Positions 1-9,945 of a stretch of DNA of 64,000 nucleotides are shown piece after piece; the first letter of the stretch is position 1; each line of letters starts with the position of its first letter. Source of the stretch: Promethearchaeota archaeon (GTDB lineage Archaea; Asgardarchaeota; Lokiarchaeia; Sigyniarchaeales; SOKP01); NCBI GenBank assembly GCA_030599585.1, contig JAUVNS010000002.1, positions 288,001-352,000 of the forward strand. The letters run 5' to 3'. The translations under genes were made by a program, and so were the position numbers. The notes under the pieces are model-generated. The model saw only the letters and a program-made list of their open reading frames with translations, was not told where the DNA came from and did not search any database.

Positions 1-1
1 T

Positions 2-1003
2 CTCGTAAACATTTTTGTGTTGGAAAGACCAACTTTGCTAAATACGAGCTCGAGTGTAATGTATGTCACCCAAAATATCTACGTACAAGAAGCGTATAAC
101 TTCACTTTTGAATTTATTGACCTTTTGACTTCAAATCTTATAGAAAGCGCTGACGAAATGAGCTTTACCTTGCAGAAATTCGACGATAATGGAGCTCCCA
201 TTTCAGGAGAATCAATTTCAGGAACTTTATTAGAGACTATTAATCATAGATATGTTCTGGATCTTAATACAGAAACGCTTGTTTACGGAGAATATTCGGT
301 TATTGTTACGCTTAACAAAGAGAATTACGATTTTAAAGTAGCAATAGTTTCATTAACCATAAACAAAAGAGTATTTACAGATTTATTATCAATAGATACT
401 TTTACGGAGATTGATTCGGGCGGAAGATTAACATTCACTGTTACTCTTACTGACCCTAATAACAACTCAGTCCCAGTTATCGGTGCTACTCTTTACTTTA
501 CTATACAGAGTAATAATGAGTCCCTTACTGATAATGGAGATGGTACTTATTCGTTAGATCTTGATCCTATAGCAGAGCCATTCTTTTTACCCGAGACTTT
601 AAGTGGAACTTTGACGATCGAGAAAGCCAATTTTATGACTAAAGAAATTTCAATTACTATAACTGTTAAAATGACTGAAATATTCGGATTTCCGATGTTC
701 TATTTCGTAATGATTGTAGGCGCTATTATAGCTGTTGTTGGGAGTCTGGTTGCTTATAGAATGATTCAACAAGCAAGAATTCCGACTTTTGTAAAGAAAG
801 TTAGAGAAATGAGCAAAAACATAAAGGGGAGAAAATCTATTTCAGACTCTCTTTTATATCCTTCGAAAGAGGAGTTCATTGTAAAGAAACTTGGAGACAG
901 ATGGGAAGTACTTGGTTTATCTCTGGATGATATTTTAGGACTTGATGCAAAAAGAAAAAAGAAATTACCAGAAACAACTGATTTTGAAGGAGGTAAGATG
1001 TAA
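2..1003 (+). CDS. C-terminal part of a large membrane-anchored surface protein (Ig-like beta domains, one TM helix, basic cytoplasmic tail); 5'-truncated by the window edge
   Basis: Frame is open from base 2. Beta-rich Thr/Ser segments with DNGDGTY-type turns, hydrophobic helix FGFPMFYFVMIVGAIIAVVGSLVAY, then a K/R-rich tail. Confidence 0.7.
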   Translation, partial: LVNIFVLERPTLLNTSSSVMYVTQNIYVQEAYNFTFEFIDLLTSNLIESADEMSFTLQKFDDNGAPISGESISGTLLETINHRYVLDLNTETLVYGEYSVIVTLNKENYDFKVAIVSLTINKRVFTDLLSIDTFTEIDSGGRLTFTVTLTDPNNNSVPVIGATLYFTIQSNNESLTDNGDGTYSLDLDPIAEPFFLPETLSGTLTIEKANFMTKEISITITVKMTEIFGFPMFYFVMIVGAIIAVVGSLVAYRMIQQARIPTFVKKVREMSKNIKGRKSISDSLLYPSKEEFIVKKLGDRWEVLGLSLDDILGLDAKRKKKLPETTDFEGGKM

Positions 1004-1005
1004 AA

Positions 1006-2106
1006 ATGCCAGTCGGATTAGTAGTAATGAGATGGGACGAGAGAGTTGGTACGGAAATCTTAGCAAAATATCCCGAAGAGATCGTAATCACAGATAAAAC
1101 ACTTATGCAAGTATACAGTACACACGAGTATAGTGGAGAGTCTGGGATGATAAGTCTAATGGTAGGATCGTTAAACATTGCATCCTACTACACAGGACCC
1201 GAAAAAGGATATTATGTACTTATGCTTTTGAACCTTGACGACGACCCTGATGCGTACGAAGGTGGATTGGCTGATGCGTCTAGAATAATCTTACAAAATC
1301 TTGAAGATGACGCCTATCTGAGTATGATCCCTTCGCTATTTAGGAGATTGTCTGTGTATCCTACGTTGAATAACGAACAACAATTGGCAATGACCTACCA
1401 AGACGAGATAAAAAGGATGATTATCAATCGCTTACGAGAAGAGGGCGCAGTTTCGAAATCAGAATTAATGGTATGGTTAAAAGATAGATACAAACAAGGA
1501 TTCGTCGATTTAGAAAGCGTCTTGATTGAATTGATTAAGCGGGAATTAATAAAGGAAACGTCAGTAAAAGGAATGCCATCAGAATTAATTTTTCTAACGA
1601 ACGACATTTTAATGTTACGAGTTCCCCCAGTTCAACTGCTCAAGGATCCTGCTGATAGAGGGTTGCCTTCGCAATTAGCGTCGGATTATAGGACTGAAAC
1701 TAAGAAGTTCTTTCAAAACTATAAACCATCAGATCAGGATAATCTCAGAGTGATTGAAATCATAATCAATCCTCAAGTCTACGAAACACTGCGTTTATTG
1801 CGAACAGCCATTGTCACCAAGAACGATCTTGAGAAACTGAAAAAGAAGGGCGTCGATGATATAGATGAAGTACTGAAAATGCTATGGGAGAGTCAGATGA
1901 TTCAGGTGTTCCAGGACGATAAAAGCAACGAATATTACGCATTGTTATCAGATTTTTATGTGGACAAAATATTTCCTAAGTACTTGTTGAATATCATAAA
2001 GGCAGAATACGATAAAAAATCTAAAGCGGATCAAGTTTTATTAGAATACTTAACTGTGCTGGAGAATACTTATATCAACTTAAAAACTGCAGTAAAAGCT
2101 GAATAA
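1006..2106 (+). CDS. Putative longin/uDENN-like domain protein with C-terminal winged-helix-like segments
   Basis: N-terminus GLVVMRWDERVGTEILAKYP resembles the first hairpin of uDENN/longin folds. Later segments (REEGAVSKSELMVWL, TAIVTKNDLEKL) look wHTH-like. GGAGGT SD upstream; 2 nt after the previous stop. Confidence 0.5.
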   Translation: MPVGLVVMRWDERVGTEILAKYPEEIVITDKTLMQVYSTHEYSGESGMISLMVGSLNIASYYTGPEKGYYVLMLLNLDDDPDAYEGGLADASRIILQNLEDDAYLSMIPSLFRRLSVYPTLNNEQQLAMTYQDEIKRMIINRLREEGAVSKSELMVWLKDRYKQGFVDLESVLIELIKRELIKETSVKGMPSELIFLTNDILMLRVPPVQLLKDPADRGLPSQLASDYRTETKKFFQNYKPSDQDNLRVIEIIINPQVYETLRLLRTAIVTKNDLEKLKKKGVDDIDEVLKMLWESQMIQVFQDDKSNEYYALLSDFYVDKIFPKYLLNIIKAEYDKKSKADQVLLEYLTVLENTYINLKTAVKAE

Positions 2107-2117
2107 TAAATCTTAAC

Positions 2118-2152
2118 TTTTTTTTATTTTATTTTTTTGTTTTGTTTTTTTT
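2118..2152 (+). terminator. Oligo-T tract, archaeal-type terminator
   Basis: About 35 nt almost entirely T, immediately after the stop at 2106. Confidence 0.5.
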
Positions 2153-2214
2153 ATATCTATTTGGAGAACAAATACATTTTTCAATATTCTAATATTACTT
2201 TCTTCGATATAATT

Positions 2215-3552
2215 ATGGCACCCGAAGAAGAATTATTTGAAAGTTGTAAACAATATTTGGACACTCCAGAGGCAATTGGTTTAGATGGTATTGATTTGGA
2301 GAAGTATATTATCGCGTCTTATACAATTAAGCGCCCTAAAGGAATGAACGTGAATTATTTATCCCGATTTGCCGCAATTGAACAATCTACAGGAACTTGG
2401 GTCAGAGTACCTGCAGAAACGGAGGAAGTACGAAAGAAGCATGTCGCACGAGTACTTGGAGTCTACGAACTGCCTCACTTAGAATATATTATACCCAAAG
2501 ATGTTAAGGAGAGAATTTATTTCGTTCAAATAGGTTTCCCTATAGTGAATATTAAAGGATGTGGTATTCCAATGCTACTAACATCAGTTATTGGAAATAT
2601 CAGTATTACGCACGGACTAAAATTAGTAGATCTCGCATTTCCAAAAGACTATTTAAAGGAATTCAAAGGTCCAAAATTCGGAATTGACGGTCTCCGAAAA
2701 CTCTTGAAAATACCCGAACGGCCTTTACTAAACAATATGGTAAAGCCATGTACGGGACACACTGCAGATGTAGCTGCTGATTTAGTTTATAAAGCTGCAG
2801 TAGGGGGTTGCGATGTTGTCAAAGATGACGAATTGATTTCAAATCCATCCTTCAATACTTTAGAAGATAGAATAGTTAAAGTTATGGAAGCAGTCGATAG
2901 AGCAGATTCTGAAAAAGGAGAAAAAACACTATATACAATTAACATAACAGGTAAATTTCCAGAGATGTTTGAATACGCTGATAAAATGATCGAGTTAGGC
3001 GCAAACGCACTTATGATAAATTATCTCACTGCAGGTTTTGAAGCTATGAGAGCCATTGCCGAGGACCCTTCTATAAAAGTACCGATTTTAGGTCACATGG
3101 ATTTTGCTGGCGCCTATTTTGGTGGTCACTGGACCGGGTTAACAAGTATGATAACTCTTGGAAAATTCCCGAGGATGTGTGGAGCGGACACAGTTGTAAT
3201 TCCAGCACCTTATGGAAAAGCAGAGATTTTAGACGAACGATACGAGCAAAACTTAAAAGTCCTAAGATACCCATTCCAACATATAAAACCTACGCTACCT
3301 ATGCCTAGTGGTGGTATTACGCAAGGTATGGTTGAAAAAACTATGAAAGAAGCAGGAAAGGATATTCTTATAGGAAGTGGTGGTGGAATTCATAGTCATC
3401 CAGATGGACCAACTGCGGGCGCGAAAGCATTTAGACAAGCGATTCATGCTGTAATGAATGGGATCGCCGTTAAACAGTATGCTAAAGACCATGAAGAATT
3501 AGGTAAAGCTCTTGGAGTATGGGGTACAGGAAAAACAGCTCTAATTGAATAA
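2215..3552 (+). CDS. RuBisCO-like protein (form IV RLP)
   Basis: Motifs EQSTGTW, FKGPKFGIDG, DVVKDDE, PSGGI, GGGIHSHPDG. It has KPCTG instead of KPKxG and GHMDF instead of HRA, so it is not a bona fide carboxylase. Start set at ATG 2215 because the upstream part of the ORF is a T-tract. Confidence 0.85.
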   Translation: MAPEEELFESCKQYLDTPEAIGLDGIDLEKYIIASYTIKRPKGMNVNYLSRFAAIEQSTGTWVRVPAETEEVRKKHVARVLGVYELPHLEYIIPKDVKERIYFVQIGFPIVNIKGCGIPMLLTSVIGNISITHGLKLVDLAFPKDYLKEFKGPKFGIDGLRKLLKIPERPLLNNMVKPCTGHTADVAADLVYKAAVGGCDVVKDDELISNPSFNTLEDRIVKVMEAVDRADSEKGEKTLYTINITGKFPEMFEYADKMIELGANALMINYLTAGFEAMRAIAEDPSIKVPILGHMDFAGAYFGGHWTGLTSMITLGKFPRMCGADTVVIPAPYGKAEILDERYEQNLKVLRYPFQHIKPTLPMPSGGITQGMVEKTMKEAGKDILIGSGGGIHSHPDGPTAGAKAFRQAIHAVMNGIAVKQYAKDHEELGKALGVWGTGKTALIE

Positions 3553-3587
3553 TTTTTTATTTTTTTATTTATTATCCTCAAAGCGAT

Positions 3588-4544
3588 TTATTGAATATAT
3601 CTATTCAACAGAACTCTACAATATGGGTTAAAATCTTTATTTTTAACACTTTTACTTATATCATTCCCACAAAGATCTACAAATTGAAGATTTGTAAGCT
3701 GATTAATATACTTTAAATTTTTTAGGTCACTAATCTGATTATTAGGTAAAACCAAATGTGTCAGATTCGCTAGTTCATTTATTCCCTCCAAATCCCCAAT
3801 TTGGTTATTTGATAAGTCTAAGGTTTTTAATTGCTTTAAATTGCTTAAACCGGTTATTTGAGAGAGGCTACGAATGTTGTTCTTCCACCCCCATGGCGTT
3901 CCTTTTACTTCAAATTCAAGATAATCGGATAGATCTAATTTATCTATCAATAATAGTTTTTCATCTAATTCGAAATAAGCATTAGGGATTTCTTCGATTA
4001 AATTTTTAATGGTTAAGAAATTGATGAGAATTGCTGCGAGTTGTTTGGGAGATAATTTGTTGATTAAGTTTCTCTTGAAATATGATTTTAACGCTTTACG
4101 ATATTTTTTATTCCCAAACCCTTTGTCAACATTGAGATATTTTATATCTCTAATTTTTCTTACTTGTTCAAGTAAAATAAACTTCGCTTCGCTTGTTTGT
4201 ATCTTAACTAGTGAATTTACTACTGTTACTAAACAATGGTAGGAAGTTTCGTGCTGGATAACCCATAGAAATACGGGAAGACTGATTTCAAGAAAATTAG
4301 TGCTAACATACTTTGCCGCAGCATTTCTTATAATTTCACTAGAGTCTGAAATAAGTAAGTTTTCAAAGAACTCAAACAAGGTTTTAGTTTTAATTTTTAA
4401 CGCATTAAGAACGTTAATGGCTTCCAATCTGAAATTTTCTTCGTCGTAATTTTCAATTATGGAGGTTAACAGTTTCGTTGCTGTAGATTTATCTATGGAA
4501 CTATTGTTATAATTTTCTAGCACGGTTTGAGGATTTAAAATCAT
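3588..4544 (-). CDS. HEAT-like N-terminal module plus short leucine-rich repeat protein
   Basis: ENLLISDSSEIIRNAAA module; C-terminal LxxLxLxxNxI repeats (LKTLDLSNNQI, LTHLVLPNNQI). Confidence 0.8.
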   Translation of the reverse strand: MILNPQTVLENYNNSSIDKSTATKLLTSIIENYDEENFRLEAINVLNALKIKTKTLFEFFENLLISDSSEIIRNAAAKYVSTNFLEISLPVFLWVIQHETSYHCLVTVVNSLVKIQTSEAKFILLEQVRKIRDIKYLNVDKGFGNKKYRKALKSYFKRNLINKLSPKQLAAILINFLTIKNLIEEIPNAYFELDEKLLLIDKLDLSDYLEFEVKGTPWGWKNNIRSLSQITGLSNLKQLKTLDLSNNQIGDLEGINELANLTHLVLPNNQISDLKNLKYINQLTNLQFVDLCGNDISKSVKNKDFNPYCRVLLNRYIQ

Positions 4545-4617
4545 GATGAGTGTAATTCGATATAATTAACTTCGCATTTAGGTGATTAAAAATTCTAGAT
4601 TTAAAAATAATATTTTG

Positions 4618-5796
4618 TTAACTAAATTTACGTTCTACTACATTTTTTATTAAATCCTTGAGTTGAGATTTTAATTTATTAAAAGGTCTCAAATTACCTG
4701 AAAATGGTGTATCTACCCCATTATTCAATATTGGCTCTAGTTGAGTTTCTAAAATGTCGATTTTCTTTAAATTTCCTTCGCTCAAACATGAAAGGAAATA
4801 ATCATTTCTGTATTTTTTAAAAGTTAAAAAGCGATAATTCTGGAAACCTAATTTTACAGCTATCCATCGGGGGTAAGCGCCGGTGTTTCCTAACGTGTTT
4901 GCCGCAATTGCTTCTACTTTTGCTGTAAGCAGTGATTCTTTCATTTCAAATTCTTCCGCTTGATCTTCAAATTCACCGGGAACTTTTACATTCAGCCTAT
5001 CTTCATCATCAAGTAAGAGGGAAATTACACCAATAGACATTGATGACAATCCAACATAATCTAATCGTAACCAATCCTCCACGTAAGGGATTTCTTGATC
5101 TGAAAATACATCCTGTAATTGTAAATATTCGTTTAATATGAACAGTAAATTACCTTTAAACTTTTTTTCTAGATCATACTTATCGAGATTACTTAAGTTA
5201 CTAATATCTTTATGTCGTATTACATCCGAAAAGTATTTAGCCATTTGCTCAAGAACCCATTTTCCTTTTTTATCGGGGAACTTGCCGTAGATTACGTAAA
5301 TAATCTTATTCTTCTCAAAGAACTGGCATTTTTCCTCTTCGTTATTTTCAGACTTAAGAAGCATTTTATCGAGATCTCCACCTAAAATACTAGTAGCGAT
5401 GAAATCTAAATTATTTGTCAATTCCAATAAATAGAGCCACTTAATATTGCTGGCAAATAGTTGAGTCCTATCTGTTGTCGTTATTCCGCAAAACTTTAGA
5501 TATTCATTATCTCCCTTTAAATTAATAATATCTTGGTTCAATGAAATATTTTTATCCTTTACTTTTTTTCTCACACCTGGTAATTTTTTTGCAGCGGTTT
5601 CCTTTTTAGGTACGAATTCTTGTGGAGTGGGTTTTTTAATTTCCGCATTGGTTGATTTTCCATATTGGAAGATATCAGCTAAAAATGTTCCACATCTAGG
5701 GCAAAGTTTGTCTTTTGGAAAAGGTTTTACGATCTTATATCCACAATTTTCACACTTAATACTATCGTCCCTTGGGTTAAAAAAAGGATTTGGAAT
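4618..5796 (-). CDS. Zinc-ribbon protein with two possible longin/roadblock-like domains; probable ATT start
   Basis: Frame extends 74 codons upstream of GTG 5574, through CENCG...CPRCG, to ATT at 5796. An in-frame TGA lies directly before it, and SD-like GAGTTGGTT is at 5809-5801. Confidence 0.6.
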   Translation of the reverse strand: MPNPFFNPRDDSIKCENCGYKIVKPFPKDKLCPRCGTFLADIFQYGKSTNAEIKKPTPQEFVPKKETAAKKLPGVRKKVKDKNISLNQDIINLKGDNEYLKFCGITTTDRTQLFASNIKWLYLLELTNNLDFIATSILGGDLDKMLLKSENNEEEKCQFFEKNKIIYVIYGKFPDKKGKWVLEQMAKYFSDVIRHKDISNLSNLDKYDLEKKFKGNLLFILNEYLQLQDVFSDQEIPYVEDWLRLDYVGLSSMSIGVISLLLDDEDRLNVKVPGEFEDQAEEFEMKESLLTAKVEAIAANTLGNTGAYPRWIAVKLGFQNYRFLTFKKYRNDYFLSCLSEGNLKKIDILETQLEPILNNGVDTPFSGNLRPFNKLKSQLKDLIKNVVERKFS

Positions 5797-5899
5797 TCAA
5801 AACCAACTCGAGAAAATTTCTAATATGATATGGATTATTAAACCTAATAAATAATTATTGCGTGAAATAAATAAAAAATTTTGCAAATACATCAAAACA

Positions 5900-6991
5900 T
5901 CATAAATATTTCTCAGCAATAGACGCAAAAGCGTCTAGAAATTTAGTATTTTCTTCTTCTGTTCCAACAGTGATTCTAATATAATTGTAAAGACCAGGTT
6001 TACTGAAATGCCTTACTAAAATTTTGAGATCTTTCAAATCCCATAAAAATTTTAGTGTTTTTGATTTGTCCTCAAATTTGACAAAGATAAAATTAGCATC
6101 TGATGGTAATACGCTAATTCCGGAATAATCATTCAATTTTTCTGATAGTCTGTTTCTTTCTGCTAATATTTTTTTATTCTGTTCGTAAACTTTATTCTTG
6201 TGTTTAATACAAGAAAGTGCAGCTATTTGCGCAATCTGATTAATGTTGTATGGTAATTTAACCCTATTCATCTCTTTAATTATCTCAGAATCAGCTAATG
6301 CGTAACCAATTCTCAACGAAGCAAGAGAAAATGTTTTTGAGAAACTTCGGCAAACGATTAAGTTTTTGACATCTTTCAATAATGGCAGGCAAGTATAATC
6401 GGAAAAATCGGCGTAGGATTCATCTACTACAACAATTCCAGGAAAATTGTAACATATTTTCAAAATCATATCATTATCGTACGATTTTCCATTAGGATCG
6501 TTTGGAGAATTAATAAACAGTAGTTTCCCTTTTTGGTCATAAACGCTTTCAGGTATACTGAAATCTTCGTTTAATTTTATTTCATTTATTTTAGCGTTAT
6601 AAAGATTAGCTAAAACATTATATAAGTTGTAAGTAGGGTAAAATATAGCAACTTCATCTCCAGGATCCACAAACACTTTGAAAATTACATCTAAAACATC
6701 TGCTGAACCATTTCCTAGGAAAACGGTGTTTCTATTAGTTAAAGTGTTTTTATCTCTTAACAGTTGATTAAGAATCGCCTTACGAACCTCAAGAGCACTT
6801 GGATCGGGATATTTTCTTAAGAGGTTTTTGTTTTTTAGTGCTGCATTTATATCCAATAGTATTTCTTCTATTGGTGGGTATGCATTTTCATTAATATTAA
6901 ATTTTACCCAATTTTCTCCAACGGGTTGTTCACCCGATTCAAAAGCTTTGTACTTGCTTAGGTTTTCTCTAAATAATTTTTCTAATTCCAT
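5900..6991 (-). CDS. hisC: Histidinol-phosphate aminotransferase
   Basis: NINENAY, YPD, GNGSAD, SPNDPNG, VVDESY, RSFSKTFSLASLRIGY (PLP lysine), IRITVG. Confidence 0.9.
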   Translation of the reverse strand: MELEKLFRENLSKYKAFESGEQPVGENWVKFNINENAYPPIEEILLDINAALKNKNLLRKYPDPSALEVRKAILNQLLRDKNTLTNRNTVFLGNGSADVLDVIFKVFVDPGDEVAIFYPTYNLYNVLANLYNAKINEIKLNEDFSIPESVYDQKGKLLFINSPNDPNGKSYDNDMILKICYNFPGIVVVDESYADFSDYTCLPLLKDVKNLIVCRSFSKTFSLASLRIGYALADSEIIKEMNRVKLPYNINQIAQIAALSCIKHKNKVYEQNKKILAERNRLSEKLNDYSGISVLPSDANFIFVKFEDKSKTLKFLWDLKDLKILVRHFSKPGLYNYIRITVGTEEENTKFLDAFASIAEKYL

Positions 6992-7173
6992 GATAAATAG
7001 ATTAAATACCAGTCAAATCTTAATTCTTTAATATTTTAAGTAACTTAATGCTTACATTTATTTTTTGTCTTTATCCTAAGTTTTTTCAAGCTTAAAAAAA
7101 GATAAAAAACTCAATTTTTAAATGTATGAAATTTATTAATTTTATAATATTATTTAAAGAAGTTTGATTTAAG

Positions 7174-8052
7174 ATGGATTTCGCTATAATGTTCAAAGTC
7201 TTGGAAGGGGGCGTAAGTGAACCAATTAAGTGGTCAAAAGACCATTTAAATCCTGAAAGTAACATTATCATTTTGGATGAAGGCTCTTCTTCAGTTTTTT
7301 TGTGGTATGGAGCCAAACAAGGTTTAGTTTCTAGACGAACTGCCCTTCGACAAGCAGAATCGCTTAAAGGGCACGGGTTTTCTGTAGGAAAAAGTATTGT
7401 GGGGAGAGATATAAAGGAGTTAATAGAAATCGATCAAAGAAAGATCGGTAGAGTTCCAGAAGTTGATGATCTACATGATAATTTACAAACTCTCCTTAGT
7501 AGAGGATTCAAATACTTAGATGATTATACTGTTACTTTTGACGTTGATGGAGATTTTCCCTCAGCAATTAAACCTACATCTAAGCCAGTCTCAACTAAAG
7601 CACCAAAACCTACGCCAGTAGCTATGTCAGTAGATAAACCAGAACCCGTAGTTATTAAAACGCAACCAGCAAAAGAAAAAATGAAACACGCTTCGGAATA
7701 TGACACCGAACCTGATCTTCCTAAGAAGACTATCCCTATTAGTAGTCAAAAAATTGCAGATACTCCAATGTCTACCATAGAGCAAGTTACTGCACCGGAA
7801 CCTAAATTAGACCTTTCAATACAAGCCAAAATAGGATTTGTTTTGATTGGCGTTTTAGATCACTACAATGATATTTGGATTTCAAAAAAAGAGGATGGCA
7901 GCTATTCTGTCGAACATATGGATGGAAAAGTATGTCAGTTTTCGAATTCTGAAGGAAAGATAAAATTCTCTAGTGACTCATTTACTGGTATATCAACTAA
8001 TATAAAAACTGAAATTCAGAAAAAATTTTTAGAAATGTCAAAATTATTATAG
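7174..8052 (+). CDS. Single gelsolin-like domain protein with Pro/Thr/Lys-rich linker and C-terminal domain
   Basis: HLNPESNIIILDEGSSSVFLWYGAKQGLVSRRTALRQAESL matches the gelsolin-domain pattern (LD...FxWxG, then a long helix). Low-complexity linker follows. Confidence 0.7.
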   Translation: MDFAIMFKVLEGGVSEPIKWSKDHLNPESNIIILDEGSSSVFLWYGAKQGLVSRRTALRQAESLKGHGFSVGKSIVGRDIKELIEIDQRKIGRVPEVDDLHDNLQTLLSRGFKYLDDYTVTFDVDGDFPSAIKPTSKPVSTKAPKPTPVAMSVDKPEPVVIKTQPAKEKMKHASEYDTEPDLPKKTIPISSQKIADTPMSTIEQVTAPEPKLDLSIQAKIGFVLIGVLDHYNDIWISKKEDGSYSVEHMDGKVCQFSNSEGKIKFSSDSFTGISTNIKTEIQKKFLEMSKLL

Positions 8053-8169
8053 TTTTTTTTTCCTATTTTTTTTTAATATTGGAGTTTAAATTTTAAGCCT
8101 TTTTCTTACATAATAAGAATTTCGATAGTGACATAACCTTAATTTTATATAAAAGAGTAAAGTTATATT

Positions 8170-9928
8170 ATGAGATTTAAAGCTTTAGCAATCCTTTTTT
8201 CAGAACTCGAATCTACTACAAAAAGGCTTGAAATGACTGATAAACTATCTTTATTTTTTGAAAACATAAAAAGAAGCAATGATTTCAAAGAGCTTGATAA
8301 GATTATTTATCTGTTGCAAGGACAATTAGTTTCAAACATTAAGCAATTTCCAAAAATTGGAATTGCGGAAAAAATGATAATTGAAGCCTTAGCTTTGCAT
8401 TCTGGCATTGAAAAAAAAAAAAATTAAGGAAATTCTAATAAAAAAAGGAGATATTGGAGCTACAGCAGAAGTAATACTCGCAAAAAAGAAAAAACAAAAA
8501 TCTTTGTTTGATTTTAAAGAAGATTTGAGTGAAACAGATTCGTCACTAGAAATATCAGAATTATATAGTGCGCTGCAAAAAATGGCACTTAGTGAAGGGA
8601 CAGGTTCACATGATGTAAAACTTGGGATTTTACGCGGTTTAATGAGAAAAACCTCACCCTTAGAGACAAAATACTTATTGCGGATAATTACATCAACTCT
8701 TAGAGTTGGTGTTTCTACGATGACAATCATAGATGGTTTAGCATTAGGATTTACAGGAGTGAAAAAGAATAGGGATTCTATAGAGAAAGCTTATAACCTG
8801 CATCCTGATTTAGGAGATGTTACATTAATTTTAGCAGAAAAAGGAATATCTGAAGTTGAAAGAATAGACATTGAGTATGGCGTTCCGATAAGAATGATGT
8901 TAGCATCAAGAGTTCCTTATGGCGAAATTATTGAAAAAACTGGAAGCCCTCTTACTGTGGAATATAAACTTGATGGTGAGAGGCTACAGATTCATAAGGA
9001 ACACGATAAAATAAAATTATTCTCTCGGAGATTATTAGATATTTCAAAACAATTCCCAGATGTGTGTCGAGTTATCAAGGATAATATTAGGGCTACTAAT
9101 GTTATTATGGAAGGTGAAGTCGTAGCGATGGATCATTTTTACGAAAAAATGCTTCCATTTCAAGTTTTAAGCAAACGTCGTCGTAAATATGATATTGATG
9201 ATATTATGAAGGAAGTACCTGTATGTTTATTTCTATTTGACATATTAAAATGCGATAACGAATCGTTCCTAAGTGAATCTTTCCTAGTTCGTAGAAAAAA
9301 ATTAGAAGAAATCGTCTCTGAAAGGGATGAATTACGCTTAGTAAAGTCGAAAACGATTAAACTTACAGAAGAATTGCTAGATTTTTTCAATGAAGCTCGA
9401 AAGGAAGGAAATGAAGGCATTATAGCAAAGTCTATTGAAGATAACTCTGTATATCAACCGGGAAATCGAGGATTTTTATGGATTAAATTAAAGGGATTAG
9501 AAGGGGGTAAATTAAAAGATTCTGTAGATGTAGCAATAATAGGCGCTTTCTATGGTAAGGGTCGAAGGACTGGCGTTTATGGAACTTATATTGGAGCGGT
9601 GTATGATCCAGTAAGTGGGAAGTTTATAGCTTTTACAAGGTTTTTTTCCGGATTGACAGATGAATTGTCAGAATCATTGACACAAGATATAGCGAAATAC
9701 ATAGTGAAAAAAAAACCGAATAATGTTATTTGTGAAGATATTCCAGATGTATGGCTCGAACCGGAAGTAGTGGTTGAAATCATTGGGGATGAAATAACGA
9801 TTTCTGAGAAGTTTCTAACTTTAGGATATTCTATGCGATTTCCAGTTTTCCAAAAATTCAGACCTGAAAAGGGTCCAAAAGATATAACTTATGTTAATGA
9901 AATTGACGAACTCTATAAATCTCAGTAA
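8170..9928 (+). CDS. lig: ATP-dependent DNA ligase, split by a +1 frameshift at the A13 run 8411-8423
   Basis: ORFs 8170-8427 and 8408-9928 join into one ligase if one A is removed. Motifs EYKLDGERLQIH, EGIIAK, WIKLK, SMRFPVF. Confidence 0.9.
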
Positions 9929-9945
9929 TTTTGTAATTTATATGA

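Noticed and set aside
5797-5799. TGA before the zinc-ribbon gene as another Sec codon
   Set aside because: Not at a Cys motif, no SECIS seen downstream, and the upstream sequence looks like an SD/promoter region.
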